Shown here: positions 62,100-64,000 of the stretch, in pieces
Layout of the letters: each line of letters begins with the position of its first letter
How positions within the stretch are numbered: the first letter of the stretch is position 1
NCBI GenBank assembly: GCA_051294905.1
Contig: CM119378.1
Coordinates: 186,001-250,000, forward strand
Source: Botryllus schlosseri
Lineage: Eukaryota
Length of the DNA: 64,000 bases
Direction of reading: 5' to 3'
Program-made: the position numbers and the translations under genes
The notes under the pieces: model-generated
Databases searched by the model: none
What the model was told of the DNA's origin: nothing
The model's input: only the letters and a program-made list of their open reading frames with translations

Positions 62100-62730
62100 A
62101 CAGCTTCTTGGAGGTACATTTGATATACAAATGAATAGTATGTTCATATTAAAATGAACCCGAATATTTTCGGCTGACACTCGTCATGGGTAATCGTCAG
62201 CAACTAGTAGAGAATTCAAAAGAACAGCGTAACACAAAATATGACGTCACCAGCACGAAATGTCGAATACGAGAGCGTTCAATCTACTATTTTCAGATGA
62301 TACACGAACACTTTTTGTTGACACAGCCTTGGCTGGTGCATTTTGATAAAAGTCGACTCCAAGGCACACAAATGAAAGTGTGAGCGATCCGTGCCCTTTC
62401 CAAGTATGCGAAATCTGTCGTCTCGATCATTTTTCGCACAGGCGGGATTATCCAACAAGTGTTTGCCAATTGCAGAATTTATGGCCTTTGATTGTTCCGC
62501 ATCAATCTTGAGCGGATGAGTTAAGGGTGAGCTTTTCACCGATCGTGTTCTAATGAATCTAGGGACATGCTGATTTAGGGACGTGCTTAGGGTGGTGGTG
62601 ACGTCATATTTTGTGTTACGATTGTTCGCTGTTCTTTTGAATTCTCTACTAGTTGCTGACGTTTACCCCTGACGAGTATCAGCCGAAAATATCCGTGTTC
62701 ATTTCAATATGAATATACTATTCAATTGTG
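62100..62730 (-). mobile_element. Penelope-like element fragment with inverted pseudo-LTRs
   Basis: GIY-YIG C-terminus SAIGKHLLDNPACA..FRIL..HFHLCALESTFIKMHQPRLCQQK (62279-62539). pLTR on minus at ~62100-62270 and on plus at ~62596-62730; tctacttga occurs at both flanks. Confidence 0.85.
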
Positions 62731-63149
62731 TCTACTTGAGTAGTAATTATAATGAAATGTAACTAGCTAACTCTGATGCTCTCTTTTAGATGGATGTTTC
62801 CATCACGTCGGTGATGGTGCTCTTAGTCTATCTAGGTAAATGAGGAAAGCACTTTTTATTTTGGAACATGCCAGTAGGTTTTCATCTGCTCGCTCTTCTA
62901 GTGGTTACGTTTCTGGACTATATCAAAATTAACCGATTAATTCAAAGTTGAAATACGAACTGTTTATACTTTCTGACACGTAGAAAGTAGTTTTTTGCTT
63001 GAACACGATAATTTGGCAAGGGAAAACTTATAACAACTTCGTATACAAATCCCAGAAGGATTTTTCAATGAAAACGACGGGTCAGACGACAGATTACACT
63101 AACGCAAATCGTGGACAGACTGAACAAATATAATAGCAGACAAAGATGA

Positions 63150-63234
63150 ATATGCTAGTCTCAAAGATTAAGCCATGCAGGTGTGAGTACGAACTGAACG
63201 TAAAGTGAAACTGCGAACGGCTCATTAAATCAGT
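63150..63234 (+). pseudogene. Isolated ~85-bp fragment of the 5' end of 18S rRNA
   Basis: atatgctagtctcaaagattaagccatgca...gtgaaactgcgaacggctcattaaatcagt matches the conserved eukaryotic SSU 5' region. The flanks are not rDNA-like. Confidence 0.85.
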
Positions 63235-64000
63235 GCTTGAAGGTATGTCAGATTAGGGATGTCACATAACTACTACGCTGGTCAACTTCTTTTATGGTTC
63301 TCACAGTCTTAGTTGAAAGTGGCTTAATTTTCCCACGGGGACATCAGATGAAGTAGGGGAGATGTGGTACCGATGGATCAAAAATTGCAAAATGATCTCT
63401 GGCCCTCAAATCTTCTGCCGAGAATAGCAGATCTTTTGCTGTCTCGACACTTCGATACAAAAGCTCTACCTATCGCGGACACTTACATGAATATCCGCCT
63501 TTTCAAAAAATATTTATAAACGTTTAAAATTTGTTGCTTGAACGTGTTATCGGTCCCCACCCGGTGGGTCCAAAGGCACTCGACCCTGGGACCTATGAGA
63601 CATACGCTCAAAAACTCAAATTTGTTAACTTGTTTTGTTATGTACTATAAGCTTAAGCTACAGCGAGCCAATGAAGAATGTTTCGTCGCGACCTTCAAGA
63701 ATAAAATAGATTATATCAACTCAAATGTTGGCCTAAAATCATGTTTTGATTTACGCCTAGACTTACAAAATTATTGCCACATATACATCCCCGCAAATCT
63801 ACATTTTGACTTTCAAATACCTCGTAATAGCGATAAAACACCACAGGTAACTATGGTTTACAGCCTATATATATGTAAGCGAGTTTCTGTTAAGTGATTA
63901 GTTGGTCCATCTATTTTGCTTGATTTGGCTATGGTACCATAGGTCCCTCACCCCATAAATATTGTAATTGACTTGATAGTCCACTCGAGGATGGTGTTGA

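Noticed and set aside
63150..63234. Functional rDNA unit
   Set aside because: Only ~85 bp match; similarity stops abruptly on both sides.

Overview
Eukaryotic (animal) genomic DNA, most likely a marine invertebrate chordate such as an ascidian. This is inferred from chordate-like proteins, 54-150 bp minimal introns and closely spaced genes; it is not proven. Six host genes were reconstructed by hand, the four spliced ones with phase-consistent GT-AG introns: a MINDY4/FAM188B-like deubiquitinase-family gene (-, 10 coding exons, catalytic His replaced by Thr), VPS36 (-, 2 exons), a single-exon type II membrane/coiled-coil/MAM-like ORF (-), MMACHC (+, single exon), DESI2/PPPDE1 (+, 5 exons) and LAMTOR1 (-, 3 exons). 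Most of the rest is nested transposon sequence: many hAT-type MITEs with 8-bp TSDs, a P-like element, Kolobok, Chapaev3, CR1/L2-group LINE fragments, Penelope-like pieces, a tRNA-derived SINE and an orphan 18S rRNA fragment. The most notable observations are: (1) 28-36 bp TIR-only palindromes between 7-8 bp duplications that look like P-element excision footprints, one with a LINE fragment trapped between the two TIR stubs; (2) Penelope-associated minimal hammerhead ribozymes with a possible loop-II pseudoknot; (3) a Mutator/foldback element whose inverted arms are 141-bp satellite arrays, nested in a second foldback; (4) a probable pseudo-deubiquitinase. All family assignments come from recalled motifs, not from database searches.
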